Source: Armatimonadota bacterium (lineage in GTDB: Bacteria > Armatimonadota > Zipacnadia > Zipacnadales > UBA11051). Taken from it: a stretch of 64,000 bases of DNA. The notes beneath the pieces are model-generated. The model did not search any database and was not told the DNA's origin. It saw nothing but the letters and a program-made list of their open reading frames with translations. Positions 1 to 10,042 of this stretch are shown here, piece after piece; position 1 is the first letter of the stretch, and each line of letters begins with the position of its first letter. Where the stretch lies: assembly GCA_013178155.1 (NCBI GenBank), contig JABLXH010000018.1, forward strand, positions 2,702-66,701. The letters run 5' to 3'. The translations under genes were made by a program, and so were the position numbers.

Positions 1-19
1 CGCGGTCTGGTGACCGCTC

Positions 20-1006
20 CTACCCTGCCAGCAGCGACTGGGCCAGGATGCGTTCGGCCAGCTCCATTGTCTTGACGGCGTCGCCGAAGTGCGAACCAGG
101 GAGTTTCCTGGCCTTCAGGCAGTCAATGAACTCCCGGTTCTTGCCCGCGAAGCCCGCATAGACATGGAACTCGTCGCTGCCGGCGACCTGCTTGGTGTCG
201 AAGGTCTGGCCCGCGTAGTCACCATCGGCGTAGAGGTGCCCGGCGCCCTCGTGCTCGCCCTCAGCGCAGATGCCGGGGGCGTGCATCTGCACCCGGAAGA
301 CGCGGCGGCCGCTGGTCCAGCTATTCACCATGAGGCCCGTGGCCCCGTTGTCGAACTCGATCAGCGCCGAGAGGAAGTTCAGGTCGGGGGTGCCCACCCG
401 GCGGGTGACGCTGTGGAGATCTTTCAGCTCGCCGCCGCACATCCAGCGGACGGTGTCCAGGGCGTGGACACAGTCGTCGTGCATGTGGTCTACGGCGCCC
501 AGCATGGCGTCGGGCGCGCACTTGTAGAACTCGCAGACGGCGTGGGTGATGGGACCGCGCTTGAGGCACTCGTCGCGCAACATGCAGATCATGGGGCAGG
601 TGCGGCGCTGGAAGCTGACCTGGGTAATGCACTGGTTCTTCTCGGCGAGATGGGCCAGCATCTGGGCCTGATGGAGCGTCATGCCCATGGGCTTCTCGAT
701 GTAGAGGTTGAGGCCCTGTTGCAGGCACCACAGCCATATATCGTACATGTGATGCGGCGGGCCGATGGCATAGACGGCGTCGGGAGCGACGGCCTCGATC
801 ATCTGACGATAGTCGCTGTAACGGGCCGCAATGCCATACCTGTCGGCTGTGGCATGGAGGCGCTCAGGGTTCAGGTCGCAGACAGCGGCGATCTCGACGT
901 CCGGGAAGGAAGCCAGGGACGGGTAGTGGACATGGTTGGCCATGGAGCCGGCGCCAATCATGGCGACGCGGACGCGGCGGGACCTGGTAGACTTGGGGGC
1001 AGCCAT
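20..1006 (-). CDS. Gfo/Idh/MocA family oxidoreductase
   Basis: Rossmann motif VAMIGAGSMA and LYIEKPM motif; ATG at 1006 preceded by GGAGG RBS. Confidence 0.9.
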   Translation of the reverse strand: MAAPKSTRSRRVRVAMIGAGSMANHVHYPSLASFPDVEIAAVCDLNPERLHATADRYGIAARYSDYRQMIEAVAPDAVYAIGPPHHMYDIWLWCLQQGLNLYIEKPMGMTLHQAQMLAHLAEKNQCITQVSFQRRTCPMICMLRDECLKRGPITHAVCEFYKCAPDAMLGAVDHMHDDCVHALDTVRWMCGGELKDLHSVTRRVGTPDLNFLSALIEFDNGATGLMVNSWTSGRRVFRVQMHAPGICAEGEHEGAGHLYADGDYAGQTFDTKQVAGSDEFHVYAGFAGKNREFIDCLKARKLPGSHFGDAVKTMELAERILAQSLLAG

Positions 1007-1156
1007 GCAAGACCTCCTGAGCGCAGGGGACAGCCACCGCGAGTTGTTCGCGACGGCAGGACGCAGCACCTGCCGGGAGGTAGGTCCGCGATGCGACCAG
1101 GGGGAACTGACGGGCAGCAAACAGGCGCACGGTCTGCAGGCAGGTGATTGGCAAAG

Positions 1157-3937
1157 ATGCGAACCCGCGACATCCTGCTGGGCGTGGTGCTGGCCTCCGC
1201 GACCCTGGCACCGGCCGCGGCCCAGATCACGATTCCGGGCCCCACCGTGACAATGGCCCTCAGCGAGGCGGGAGTCTGGCAATCATTGCGGGGGGCTGAC
1301 GGGCACGAGCTATGCGCCGCCCCGGCGCACCTGCCACTGGCCACGGTGGTGGACCCCCAGGGGACGACCCAGCCCGTCGCTACGGCCAGCTACAGTGACG
1401 GACACCTGCGACTGACGTTCCAGGGCACCGATGCCGTGCTGACCTATGCGGTAGAGCCGGATGAGTACTGGACAGTGCTGCGCCTGGAGAGCGTCGAGGG
1501 TACCCGGCCCCAGCGGCTGACACTGTGCCAGGTGCCGGTGAACGTGACGGCGCACATCGGGCCGCGCCTCAACATCGCGTGGGATGACAAAGTGGCGGTG
1601 TGCCTGCTGGCAGCGACGCGGCAGGCAGACTGTGGCGCCCGGCGTGAGGGCGAGGTGGCGGTGCTGCGGGCGGGGCTTCAGGACGCGCCCGGGCCGAAGC
1701 TGGAGGGCGGAGCCGTGGCGCTGATCGTGGCCCCGCGCGAGGCCATCGAGGAGCGCCTGCGCGAGGCCAGTCATGCCTTCGGCCTGCTGACCAACGAGGA
1801 CGCCAGCGGGACTCCGGTCAAGCGGACCGACCTGCCACGCGGGTCGTACTGGTTCCTGGGGTGCGGCGAGGCGGAGGTGGATACGCTCATCGAGTACTGC
1901 CGCCGGGCGGGCTTCCGGCAGATCATGCTGTCCTCTGGAGCATGGTGCACCAAGGTCGGGCACTATGAGCTGAACACGGCGGCCTTCCCGGAGGGTGAGA
2001 AGAGCCTGAAGCGGTTCGTGGACAAGCTGCACGCTGCAGGGATTCTGGTCGGGATGCACTGCTTTGCCTCGAAGGTCTCCAAGACCGACGCCTATGTGAC
2101 GCCCGTGCCCGACCGGCGCTTCTGGGTGGACAAGCGGACTACGCTGGCCGAGGCCATTGACGCCACCCAGACCGAGATTCGTGCCGGCGACCTGAGCCAG
2201 TGGCCGGGCAGCCCGCTATGCTCCCAGAAGACCTGGGAGGGGGGCGTGGACAAGCACCGGGAAGTCATCGTAGACGACGAGATCATCCAGTATGAGGCCA
2301 TCGGGCCTGAGGGGAGGTGGGACACCTTCCTGGGCTGCAGGCGCGGGGCGTGGGGGACGCAGCCTGCCGCTCACGCCGCCGGAGCCGAGGGGCGCCACTA
2401 TGGCGTGGATGGCTGCATCAACGGGTACATCGTGGACCAGGAAACCACGCTGCTGGACGAGACCACCGACCGCCTGGCGCAGGTGTTCAATGACTGCGGC
2501 TTTGATATGGTCTACTTCGACGGCGGCGAGGATGTGGACAAGACGCGGTTCAACTACTATGTCTCCCGGTTCCAGGAGACGGCGATGCGGAAGTTCCGCA
2601 AGCGGCCTATCATCCACATGGGCACCATCATGACCCACCTGACCTGGCACTCCTTTGCCCGCAGCTCGACGGTAGACACCTACCTCAACACCCTCTATGG
2701 GGCTATCCAGTCCGGAGCGCCGGTGGAAAAGTGGCCGACGGTGCGGGACCACATTGACGTCTCGGTGCGGTACATGCTCAGCGTGCGTGAAGACCTGATG
2801 CCGGGGGAGCTCGGCTGGTTTGGCATCTGGCCCAAGGGTCCCAACACTGACGGCCTGCAGCTTGACGAAGTGGAATACCTGATGGGCAAATCCCTGGGCT
2901 ATGACGTACCCGTCTCGCTGCAGACCAGTTTCGAGCAGATGGAGCGCCACCCCCTGACGCCGGAGATACTCCGGATGGTGCGAGCCTATGAGGAGCTCCG
3001 CATGGCGCGCAAGGTGGCCCCTGGGACCCGGCAGCAGTTGCAGGCCCTGGGCAAGGACTTCGTGCTGCTACGCCACACCGGGCAGCCGGAGTTCGTGCCG
3101 GTGGAGCCGCTGGCGGTGGCGGGCGGTAGCCGTGAGGTGCGGGCGCTGTTCGGGCGCTACGGGGGGAGCGGGCTGGCGACGGTCTGGCCGGTGGTGCGGG
3201 AGTGCGAGCTGGCGCTGCCGGTAGACGCGCCACGCGTGCGGGCGCTGGACTTCGACGGCCGCGAGGTGGCCCTGCGGGCCAAGGGTGAGGCGACCATCGT
3301 GCCGCTGACCCACCGGCGGCTGACGCTTCTGTTCGATGGGGTCACGGCAACTCAGGTGCGCGAGGCACTGGAGCGGGCGGAGGTGAGGTTGCCACCGGCG
3401 GTTCGGCTGGTGATTCCGGCGGCGAACGGACGGCTGGTGGGAGAGATGGCCCTGGGATCGCAGGTGGGCGTCAGTGAGCCGGAGGCGTTCGGGGATGTCG
3501 TTGTCTGCACGAGTAAGCCCGGTTACGCCGCGCCGCAGGAGTGGTACGCGGAGTATGAGGTGCGCGTGCCGCGGGCGGGGCAGTACAACCTGTGGGCGCG
3601 GGTGCGATACCCCAGCGGCGCCGATGACTCCTTCGGCGTGCTGCTGCCGGGCGAGAGGCTGACCCTGAGCGGCACCCAAGTCCTGGGCAACTGCGGGATG
3701 AATGGCAGACAGTGGCACTGGACCGGACGCGGCGGCGGTTCCACGTCAGCGCCGCCGGGGGAGGTCGTCACGCTGAAGCTCGCGGCAGGCGTGACGAAGC
3801 TGCGGGTCTATGCCCGCGAGGGGCCCGGCACGGCCGCCATGAACCCGCGGCTGGATGTGCTCTATCTGACCAGTGACCTGTTCGAGACGCCGACGGATCA
3901 GGCAGTCAGCGCGCTGCTGCGCGCGGAAGGCAAGTGA
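1157..3937 (+). CDS. Large secreted hypothetical protein, probable TIM-barrel glycoside-hydrolase-like with C-terminal beta-sandwich
   Basis: Signal peptide (LLGVVLASATLAPAAA); FPEGEKSLKRFVDKLHAAGILVGMH and DMVYFDG resemble GH36/GH-D-like barrel motifs. Confidence 0.6.
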   Translation: MRTRDILLGVVLASATLAPAAAQITIPGPTVTMALSEAGVWQSLRGADGHELCAAPAHLPLATVVDPQGTTQPVATASYSDGHLRLTFQGTDAVLTYAVEPDEYWTVLRLESVEGTRPQRLTLCQVPVNVTAHIGPRLNIAWDDKVAVCLLAATRQADCGARREGEVAVLRAGLQDAPGPKLEGGAVALIVAPREAIEERLREASHAFGLLTNEDASGTPVKRTDLPRGSYWFLGCGEAEVDTLIEYCRRAGFRQIMLSSGAWCTKVGHYELNTAAFPEGEKSLKRFVDKLHAAGILVGMHCFASKVSKTDAYVTPVPDRRFWVDKRTTLAEAIDATQTEIRAGDLSQWPGSPLCSQKTWEGGVDKHREVIVDDEIIQYEAIGPEGRWDTFLGCRRGAWGTQPAAHAAGAEGRHYGVDGCINGYIVDQETTLLDETTDRLAQVFNDCGFDMVYFDGGEDVDKTRFNYYVSRFQETAMRKFRKRPIIHMGTIMTHLTWHSFARSSTVDTYLNTLYGAIQSGAPVEKWPTVRDHIDVSVRYMLSVREDLMPGELGWFGIWPKGPNTDGLQLDEVEYLMGKSLGYDVPVSLQTSFEQMERHPLTPEILRMVRAYEELRMARKVAPGTRQQLQALGKDFVLLRHTGQPEFVPVEPLAVAGGSREVRALFGRYGGSGLATVWPVVRECELALPVDAPRVRALDFDGREVALRAKGEATIVPLTHRRLTLLFDGVTATQVREALERAEVRLPPAVRLVIPAANGRLVGEMALGSQVGVSEPEAFGDVVVCTSKPGYAAPQEWYAEYEVRVPRAGQYNLWARVRYPSGADDSFGVLLPGERLTLSGTQVLGNCGMNGRQWHWTGRGGGSTSAPPGEVVTLKLAAGVTKLRVYAREGPGTAAMNPRLDVLYLTSDLFETPTDQAVSALLRAEGK

Positions 3938-3944
3938 GGCGACC

Positions 3945-6344
3945 ATGCGGACCATGATGGTGTTGCTCTATGGCATCGCGGGGACGGCCCTTTGGGCCAC
4001 CGCGCCGGTGCTGGGGCCCGACGACATCGGGACCAGCAAGCGCATCCCGGCGGTAGGGCAGGAGGTGCTGTATACGGTGCGTCTCCGTGCACCTGAGGGC
4101 GAGACGGTGCGCGGAGAGTACGTGGTGACCTTTGATGTGGACCAGTACTCCGTGGGACGCCGGCCGGTCTCGTTGAACCTGAAGCCCGGCGAGGTCGAGG
4201 AGGTGCTGTTCTCCTGGACCCCGACGCAGGACGGCTGGCGGGACCTGAAGTTCCGCGTCCTGCCGCAGGCCGGGGGAGCGGCGGCGGCCGAAGTGAAGCG
4301 CACCGTGCCGGTGACCAACCGGCCGCTCTATTTCGTGTGGTTCGGGGCGCCGCAACGGTTCAAGTGGTGCAACGTGCCGACGACCGTCCGGCCCCAGGAG
4401 CGGGAGTGGTGGCTGTGGCATGGCGGGTACCCCTGCGGCTGGAAGCCGGGGGTCTGCAACAAGGACTGGACCCAGGCGCAGTTCGCCGAGAGCTACAAAG
4501 AGAGCCCCTGGATCGCGATAGACGAGGTTGGCAGCCTCGACGACCTGGGCAAGCGCATCATGGAAGCTGTGCGTGAACACAAGCAGGCCCATCCCGACGG
4601 CCTGCGGGCTATCTGGTTCATGGGGGCGCACGAGTACTGGCGAGACTACGCCGACTGCGTGGACCTGTTCGTGCCCGAGATCTATATGAACTATTTCGGC
4701 AACCACCTGGGCAAGTTCGTGCCCTACCTGCGGACCACGCGGGCCACAGGTGTAACGGACAAGATGATCCCCGGCCTGGGGATCAACGTGATCCTGGACG
4801 AGAACAAGCAGCCGCGCGTAACGCCGACCAAAGCGGATGTGCTGCGGCAGATTCGTTACCTGAAGACCATCGCGCCGGAGCTCAACGGTGTTGGGTTCTT
4901 CAACTCCGGGTCCGCCGCGCCGGGCGTGGCGGAGTACGGCGATGCGCTGTGCTGTGAGTACTACATCAAGCCGGTGCTGACGCTGGTGGCGGGGTCGCTG
5001 CAGGCGCGGATTCGAGGTGACAAGCTGGAGCTAAGCGCGCTGGTGCGCAACTGTGGCGGCATGACGGCGCGCGAAGTGCGGGTGGAGGTGCGAACAGGCC
5101 ACAGCGGACAGCTCTCCCCGCGAGCAACTGTGGCGTTGCCTCGGCCGCTGCCGGCCGGTGAGGAGGTCCGTGTTACCGGATCTACCCCACTGCTCCGCGG
5201 GATCGGTGAGTATGGTCTGTGCCTGCCCGAGCACGGCGGCATGACACTGCTCAATGGCCGCCTCGTTACCACGGCGGCGCGTGGGCTGCCTGGGACCGGC
5301 ATGGTGCTGGCGCAGCCGCCAACGGAGACGGCCGCCAGCGGAGTGCCGCTGTTCGCCGAGGCGGGGTCAGGCTCCGCCGCGGCAAGCGTGGTGTCCCTGG
5401 ACAGGACCGGGAGGGCTGGCGATGCGGTGGCGGCAGCGGTGGTTGGCGAGGGTCCGACCCGAGCGTTGACCTGGGTGCCAAGGGAACTGCCCGATGGCGG
5501 CCCGGCCTACTTCCAGGTCTCCAAGGGGGTTCTGCCCACCCAACCGGGCATGGTGCGACGCGAGGGCGCTATCCTGACCATCTCCGGCAAGGGCTGTGTC
5601 GTGACTCTGGACACGGCCAGCGACCAGATCACCTCTCTCAAGGCGGCTACGGAGGCGACGGAGCTGCTGGGCGGTCCCTGGCGGTTCAACTGCACGGGCT
5701 GGGAGGGTTTCGGCGCGGCGACGGTGAGCGAAGAGCCCGCTGGTGTCACGATCACCGTGCCCTTCGCCAACGAGCAGGCCGAGGGCCTGAGCCGCTACTT
5801 CGTGTACCGCGATGCCCCGGTGGTCCGTATTGAGCGGGTGCTTAGGCCGAAGGGTGATTTGACGGTCACCGTGAGCATTGAGGGGGCCGCCATGCCGCAA
5901 CGGGGCGGGGTCTATGCCTTGCAGGGCGGTGTGGGCGCGGTGGTGTCCCGGGGGCAGCTCAATGACAGCGCTGACTACAGCGACCTGCTCTTCGGCTATC
6001 TAGGGGAGACGCCCAACGCCTACGGTGCTGACAAGGCGGGTTGGTTTGATTTCGCCTTCACCCGCGATGGTGGCGGCGGCCTGGGTGTCGCCATCGAGCG
6101 ACGCTGGGAGGCAGCGAAGTCCGAGGTGGGGTATGACGTGACCCGGTACTACGACGGGGCCGACTCGCTGGAGGTGCGCAACCTCTGGGGCAGTGAGCTC
6201 AACGTCGCGACACCGCAGACACAAGTCATCTACCTCGTCGTCCACGAGCCTGTGGCTCTTGACCAGCCAGGGGTCGTCGCTCCCGCGCAGCGGCTATGGG
6301 ACAACCTGCATCAGCGGGCACAACCTGTGCTCACCACACCCTGA
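3945..6344 (+). CDS. Secreted hypothetical protein with Ig/CARDB-like and TIM-barrel-like segments
   Basis: Signal peptide; 800-codon ORF starting 8 nt after the previous stop; CARDB-like SALVRNCGGMTAREVRVEV. Confidence 0.55.
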   Translation: MRTMMVLLYGIAGTALWATAPVLGPDDIGTSKRIPAVGQEVLYTVRLRAPEGETVRGEYVVTFDVDQYSVGRRPVSLNLKPGEVEEVLFSWTPTQDGWRDLKFRVLPQAGGAAAAEVKRTVPVTNRPLYFVWFGAPQRFKWCNVPTTVRPQEREWWLWHGGYPCGWKPGVCNKDWTQAQFAESYKESPWIAIDEVGSLDDLGKRIMEAVREHKQAHPDGLRAIWFMGAHEYWRDYADCVDLFVPEIYMNYFGNHLGKFVPYLRTTRATGVTDKMIPGLGINVILDENKQPRVTPTKADVLRQIRYLKTIAPELNGVGFFNSGSAAPGVAEYGDALCCEYYIKPVLTLVAGSLQARIRGDKLELSALVRNCGGMTAREVRVEVRTGHSGQLSPRATVALPRPLPAGEEVRVTGSTPLLRGIGEYGLCLPEHGGMTLLNGRLVTTAARGLPGTGMVLAQPPTETAASGVPLFAEAGSGSAAASVVSLDRTGRAGDAVAAAVVGEGPTRALTWVPRELPDGGPAYFQVSKGVLPTQPGMVRREGAILTISGKGCVVTLDTASDQITSLKAATEATELLGGPWRFNCTGWEGFGAATVSEEPAGVTITVPFANEQAEGLSRYFVYRDAPVVRIERVLRPKGDLTVTVSIEGAAMPQRGGVYALQGGVGAVVSRGQLNDSADYSDLLFGYLGETPNAYGADKAGWFDFAFTRDGGGGLGVAIERRWEAAKSEVGYDVTRYYDGADSLEVRNLWGSELNVATPQTQVIYLVVHEPVALDQPGVVAPAQRLWDNLHQRAQPVLTTP

Positions 6345-6391
6345 AGCACCTTGCGCGGGCGGCGCGGAGGGTCTATAGTTGGGTGCACTTC

Positions 6392-6418
6392 GGCGGCCGG
6401 AACTTACTTCCGGCCGCC
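6392..6418. terminator. 11-bp stem-loop (terminator or attenuator candidate)
   Basis: GGCGGCCGGAA-CTTAC-TTCCGGCCGCC, just upstream of the aminotransferase RBS. Confidence 0.4.
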
Positions 6419-6435
6419 ATTCGTGGAGGCTGAAC

Positions 6436-7380
6436 ATGCCACAGTATGACCAGTTGCGGGCCTATTACAACGGGGAGCTGGTACCGGTGACCGAGGCTCG
6501 CGTGTCGGTATACGACTCCGCTCTGATGTTTGGCGACATGGTCTTTGAGATGACCCGGTCGTTCCGACGGCAGCCGTTTCGGCTGGAGCAGCACCTGGAC
6601 CGCCTCTATGCGTCCCTGCGACTCCTGGACATAGACTGCGGGTTGACACGGACTGAGATGTTGCAGGTCACCATGGAGACCGTGGAGGCCAACCTGGCAT
6701 ACATTGAAGACGAGCTGGACTACTACATCATGCATGACATCTCGCGGGGGCCACTGGACTTCTACCGACGGGTGTTCCCCGCAGGACTGCGTCCGACGGT
6801 CATCATTGCCATCTGGCCCATGATCGAGCACATCGCCAGGGTCGCGGAGTATTATGAGACCGGCGTGCACGCCATCATCCCGTCGCAGGGGGCCATCCCC
6901 AGCCGCTACCTGGACCCCAAGGCCAAGACACGTTCGCGCTTGCACTATCAGATGGCGAACCTGCAGGCAGCGCGGTATGGCCCTGATGCCTGGGCGGTGA
7001 TGCTCGACGAGCACGGGTATATCGCCGAGGGCACGAGCTGCAACTTCTTCATGGTCAAGGACGGGGCGCTCTACACCTCGGAGCCGCGGAACATCCTGCG
7101 AGGAGTGAGCCGGGGGTATGTCTTCGCCCTGGCGGAGGAGCTGGGTATCCCCTGCCGGGGGGCCAACATTGAGCCCTACGATGCCTTGCAGGCCGACGAA
7201 GCCTTTCTGACCGCAACCTCCTTCTCGATCCTGCCTGTGACCCGGTTCGAGGGGCGTGTCATCGGCGACGGCCGGCCGGGGCCGGTGACGAAGCGGCTGC
7301 TTGCGGCCTGGAGCGAGAAGGTCGGGGTGGACATCCCGGCACAGGCGAAGTATGTCGCCGAGAAGTACATGACGCAGTAG
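6436..7380 (+). CDS. Class IV PLP-dependent aminotransferase (IlvE/PabC/D-amino-acid family)
   Basis: FGDMVFE, FRLEQHLDRL, AEGTSCNFF, ILRGVSR, ADEAFLT motifs; GGAGG RBS. Confidence 0.9.
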   Translation: MPQYDQLRAYYNGELVPVTEARVSVYDSALMFGDMVFEMTRSFRRQPFRLEQHLDRLYASLRLLDIDCGLTRTEMLQVTMETVEANLAYIEDELDYYIMHDISRGPLDFYRRVFPAGLRPTVIIAIWPMIEHIARVAEYYETGVHAIIPSQGAIPSRYLDPKAKTRSRLHYQMANLQAARYGPDAWAVMLDEHGYIAEGTSCNFFMVKDGALYTSEPRNILRGVSRGYVFALAEELGIPCRGANIEPYDALQADEAFLTATSFSILPVTRFEGRVIGDGRPGPVTKRLLAAWSEKVGVDIPAQAKYVAEKYMTQ

Positions 7381-7399
7381 ACGGGCCTCAGCACGTCCA

Positions 7400-7426
7400 T
7401 CAGCCCGCGACCGGCTCGCGGGCTGA
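7400..7426 (+). terminator. Stem-loop after aminotransferase
   Basis: TCAGCCCGCGA-CCGGC-TCGCGGGCTGA perfect 11-bp stem 20 nt after the stop. Confidence 0.5.
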
Positions 7427-7490
7427 CGCTTCATCCCCGGCGGGAGAACCGCCTCAAGCTTGCTCCACAACTGACGATATATCCTGCGGC

Positions 7491-8480
7491 ATGCAGACAC
7501 AGTTCGTCCCTGACCAAGGACCCTTGACGGTGGCATTGGTGGAGTCAGACCGGCCTACGGCCCGGATGCTGGAGGTGGTGCTGGCCGGCTGGGGGTATGG
7601 CGTGGCCACCGCGCAGGATGAGGATGAGGCCTGGGCCCTGCTGCAGTCGCACGATCCGCCGCCGATGGCGCTGGTAGAATACTCGCGCTGGGGGTTTGAC
7701 GGCCTGCAGCTCTGCCGTGATCTCCGAAAGGCGGAGCGGGCCGACGAGGGCGGCGTCTACCTGGTATTGCTGAGCACCCAGGGGTCACATGAGGACCTTA
7801 TGGCCGGAGTGGAGGCAGGGGCCGACGACTACGTGGTCAAGCCCTTCGACCCACTGGACCTGCGCTTGCGGTTGCGTGCGGGTGAGCGCATCGTGCGCCT
7901 GCGGCGGGAGGTGGAGGCGGTGGCCTTGGCGCTGCAGGAACGCACGACGCACGACGATCTCACCGGCGCCTGGAACCGGGCTTCGATCCTGCAGATGCTT
8001 GAGGAGGAGATCAACCGCGCGCGTCGGGACCGGGCCTCCCTGGCCGTTCTGATGGCCGATGTGGATGGCTTTAAGATGGTCAACGATACCCACGGGCACC
8101 TGGTGGGGGACAGTGTTCTGCGGGAGGTGGCGGCGCGGCTGGGCGCCACGGTGCGGGGCTATGACCGGGTGGGACGCTATGGGGGCGACGAGTTCCTCCT
8201 GGTGCTGCCGGGCTGCAGCGCTGAAGGCGCCCTGGGGCTCGGCGAACGGCTGCGCCAGGCGGTGGGTGGCGTACCGGTCACCCTCCCCGACGGGGAGCTG
8301 ACGGTCACCCTCAGCGTCGGCGTGGCCTGCCTGACCCACCGGCGGCTTACCGATGCCCGCGATCTGGTTGGTCGGGCCGACACCGCCCTGTACGAGGCCA
8401 AGCGTCTGGGCAGGGACCGGGTCTGTGTCATGCTGCACCCGGAGCGCCGCCCGCGAGTGGACGCAACGCAGGTGGCATAA
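7491..8480 (+). CDS. Response regulator-diguanylate cyclase (REC-GGDEF, PleD/WspR-like)
   Basis: GADDYVVKPFD REC end; DxLTG, DVDGFKMVNDTHGH, RxxD I-site and RYGGDEF. Confidence 0.9.
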   Translation: MQTQFVPDQGPLTVALVESDRPTARMLEVVLAGWGYGVATAQDEDEAWALLQSHDPPPMALVEYSRWGFDGLQLCRDLRKAERADEGGVYLVLLSTQGSHEDLMAGVEAGADDYVVKPFDPLDLRLRLRAGERIVRLRREVEAVALALQERTTHDDLTGAWNRASILQMLEEEINRARRDRASLAVLMADVDGFKMVNDTHGHLVGDSVLREVAARLGATVRGYDRVGRYGGDEFLLVLPGCSAEGALGLGERLRQAVGGVPVTLPDGELTVTLSVGVACLTHRRLTDARDLVGRADTALYEAKRLGRDRVCVMLHPERRPRVDATQVA

Positions 8481-8612
8481 GTGTGCATGAAGCGGAAACG
8501 TGAGATGTGAACGCAGTCGATTACCGGCCAAGCCGCAGCACAGTAGCGGAAGCGCAGACGGTCGCGGCGCCCAGGCTGCGAATCACTGCCCGGAGCGGCA
8601 TCCTGACCGCAC

Positions 8613-9308
8613 TCATGCCGGACACAGACCGGCAATCCGGAAGAAGTTGCGCATGATGATCTCGCCATCGGTATAAGGACCGTCCCATACTTCCGCATGA
8701 AACTGGGCGCCGTAGAGGGGTCGGTCACGGTGACGGAACATCTCAATGCGACACTCCGGGCTGGTGGCAAGTAGCTCGAAGTCTGGCGGCAGTTGCTTCA
8801 CCTCGCAGTAATGGCTCTCGGGCACGCGGATGATCTTGCGTCGAAGGCCCGCAAAGATGGGGTCGCGCTTCACGATCTCGACCTCCTGTACGCCGCGGGC
8901 CACGTAGTACCCCCACTGGCCACTCACCGGCCCCATGTCTGGCTCTCCCGGCCGCAACTTCCGCATGGGCTCATTGCGTAGTCTTTTCACCTTCCGCAGG
9001 TCACGGTTGAAGCAGTAGCCGATGAGCTGGTGGCCGCCGCAGGCGCCGTAGACCGGCACCTCGGTGGTGTGCAGCAGGTCATTTACCGGGTAGAGGTCGG
9101 GGACGTGGAACGTCTCCCAGGCCTGACCGAAGCCGGTGATGAAGAGCGCCCGGGGATGCAGCCGCGCCACATACTCGGGGGAGGCCTCAGTGTAGTGTAC
9201 CGCCGCCACCGGCCAGCCGGTCAGCTTCTCAAAGCGACGCTTGCACATGGCCGCGCCGTCGCTGCGGTCGTAATCAGCCAATGGCGACATGTTGATAACA
9301 ACGATCAT
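8613..9308 (-). CDS. Class I glutamine amidotransferase-like protein
   Basis: YGACGGHQL nucleophile elbow and QFHAE (Cys-His-Glu triad). Confidence 0.85.
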   Translation of the reverse strand: MIVVINMSPLADYDRSDGAAMCKRRFEKLTGWPVAAVHYTEASPEYVARLHPRALFITGFGQAWETFHVPDLYPVNDLLHTTEVPVYGACGGHQLIGYCFNRDLRKVKRLRNEPMRKLRPGEPDMGPVSGQWGYYVARGVQEVEIVKRDPIFAGLRRKIIRVPESHYCEVKQLPPDFELLATSPECRIEMFRHRDRPLYGAQFHAEVWDGPYTDGEIIMRNFFRIAGLCPA

Positions 9309-9397
9309 CACAGCGGCCTCCGGGATGTTGGTCACCCGACCGGTATGCCGGGCGAACGCCGACTTCGCTGCGGCCTCGGCAGGAACCTCCGTGCGCG

Positions 9398-10042
9398 TCA
9401 CTTCGCCGGGTTCCACAGCGGGCTGGCCATGTCGAGGTCCTGCTCGCCCAGCATCGCCACATGCCCATCCACAAAGCACGCGCTCATTCTGTCGAAGTGG
9501 TGGTATGGGAAGTCGTGCTGGCGGGGGACGTAGGAAGTGGAGGGGGCGACGTAGCGGACCTCGGGCCGCATCTTCTCCGACGGTGGTTCCGCCTCTATCA
9601 CCATGATCAGTTCGCCAGGCCGGTTCACGTCCTCCAGACAGCAGTACCCCGGCTCCGCCACCGCTCCGCCCAGCAGGTAGGTCGGGGTGTATGACTTCAC
9701 GGAGGAGCAGAAGAGGATGGACTCCGACCGCCCCAGATAGGGCGGGATGATGTCCCACCAGGTTAGCCTGACGTCCGGCTCCCAGGGCGTGCAGTAGCGG
9801 CTGGGGGGCGGTCCGCAGAAGGCGACCGGGGCCCAGCCTTCATGGTCCGCGGCATACGCGAGCACCGCAACCCCGATCTGGCGGACATTGGACAGGCAGT
9901 GGGTCTGCCGTCCCTTGGCCCGGACCCGTGCGAACACGGGGAACAGGATGGCAGTCAGCACAGCGATGATGCCGATGACGACCAGTAGCTCCACCAGGGT
10001 GAAGCCGCGCACCTGTCCTGGCAATCCGGCACGCTTGCACAT
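9398..10042 (-). CDS. Prepilin-type N-terminal cleavage/methylation domain protein (DUF1559, H-X9-DG)
   Basis: [26 protein letters not shown]...CLSNVRQIG and C-terminal H-x9-DGH; ATG overlaps the upstream TGA. Confidence 0.85.
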   Translation of the reverse strand: MCKRAGLPGQVRGFTLVELLVVIGIIAVLTAILFPVFARVRAKGRQTHCLSNVRQIGVAVLAYAADHEGWAPVAFCGPPPSRYCTPWEPDVRLTWWDIIPPYLGRSESILFCSSVKSYTPTYLLGGAVAEPGYCCLEDVNRPGELIMVIEAEPPSEKMRPEVRYVAPSTSYVPRQHDFPYHHFDRMSACFVDGHVAMLGEQDLDMASPLWNPAK

